From: a virus
Lineage: Duplodnaviria > Caudoviricetes
IMG/VR virus record: IMGVR_UViG_3300040959_000049
Coordinates: 1-31,958 of that record
Length of the DNA stretch: 31,958 bases
Direction: 5' to 3' (one strand)
Position 1 is the first letter of the stretch. Each line of letters starts with the position of its first letter. The position numbers and the translations under genes are program-made. Positions 31,746 through 31,958 of the stretch are shown here, in pieces. The notes beneath the pieces were generated by a model. It did not search any database. It worked only from the letters and a program-made list of their open reading frames with translations, and was not told the origin of the DNA.

Positions 31746-31958
31746 TTAGCTAAAAAAGAACTCACTCTGAAGTACCTCAGAAATCTCCAAGTCACCAAGA
31801 TCAGGTAGCGGCGGTATCTTGTCCCGCGACTTTTCAGGGATCAGCGGAAAGATTTCATCTAAGAATTTCTGTAGAACATTCCCATCCTTGTACATGTCAT
31901 AGAAGCTAGGCTTGATGCATTGATGCAGAAAGTAATCCATGTCTGCCGCGTGAACGCC
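31746..31958 (-). CDS. Single-subunit phage RNA polymerase, C-terminal fragment (T7 gp1-like)
   Basis: Frame open to the window edge: GVHAADMDYF...IPPLPDLGDLEISEVLQSEFFFS* matches the T7 RNAP C-terminus (PALPAKGNLNLRDILESDFAFA). Confidence 0.9.
   Translation of the reverse strand, partial: GVHAADMDYFLHQCIKPSFYDMYKDGNVLQKFLDEIFPLIPEKSRDKIPPLPDLGDLEISEVLQSEFFFS

Overview
A 32-kb piece of a T7-like podovirus genome (Autographiviridae-type, single-subunit RNA polymerase); every credible gene is on the minus strand. Reading right to left: RNAP C-terminus, two small ORFs, SSB, endonuclease I, an apparently catalytically dead gp3.5-like amidase, primase-helicase, wHTH protein, family A DNA polymerase, small Cys-rich ORF, exonuclease, DUF3310 protein, PhoH, pre-portal small virion proteins, portal, scaffold, two small basic ORFs, major capsid, tail tube A/B, internal virion proteins, tail fibre plus chaperone, lysis genes (TIGR02594-type peptidase, overlapped spanins), TerS, an inserted MazG-DUF1127-class II RNR cassette, and TerL (truncated). 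NrdJ, DUF1127, PhoH and MazG suggest a marine alphaproteobacterial (e.g. Rhodobacteraceae) host, which is inference only. Highlights: (1) a promoter- and terminator-bounded mazG/DUF1127/nrdJ operon between TerS and TerL, including a 59-aa gene missing from the ORF track; (2) a roughly 200-nt structured RNA region before the capsid gene, with three tandem hairpins, a terminator and a leader that can fold two ways, one hiding the capsid Shine-Dalgarno; (3) a four-copy phage promoter motif (WTMWTMACCRTWWCTAGR); (4) a gp3.5 pseudo-enzyme; (5) two GNAT-like genes, each directly upstream of candidate ejected proteins. All family assignments come from motif recognition by eye; no database search was run.
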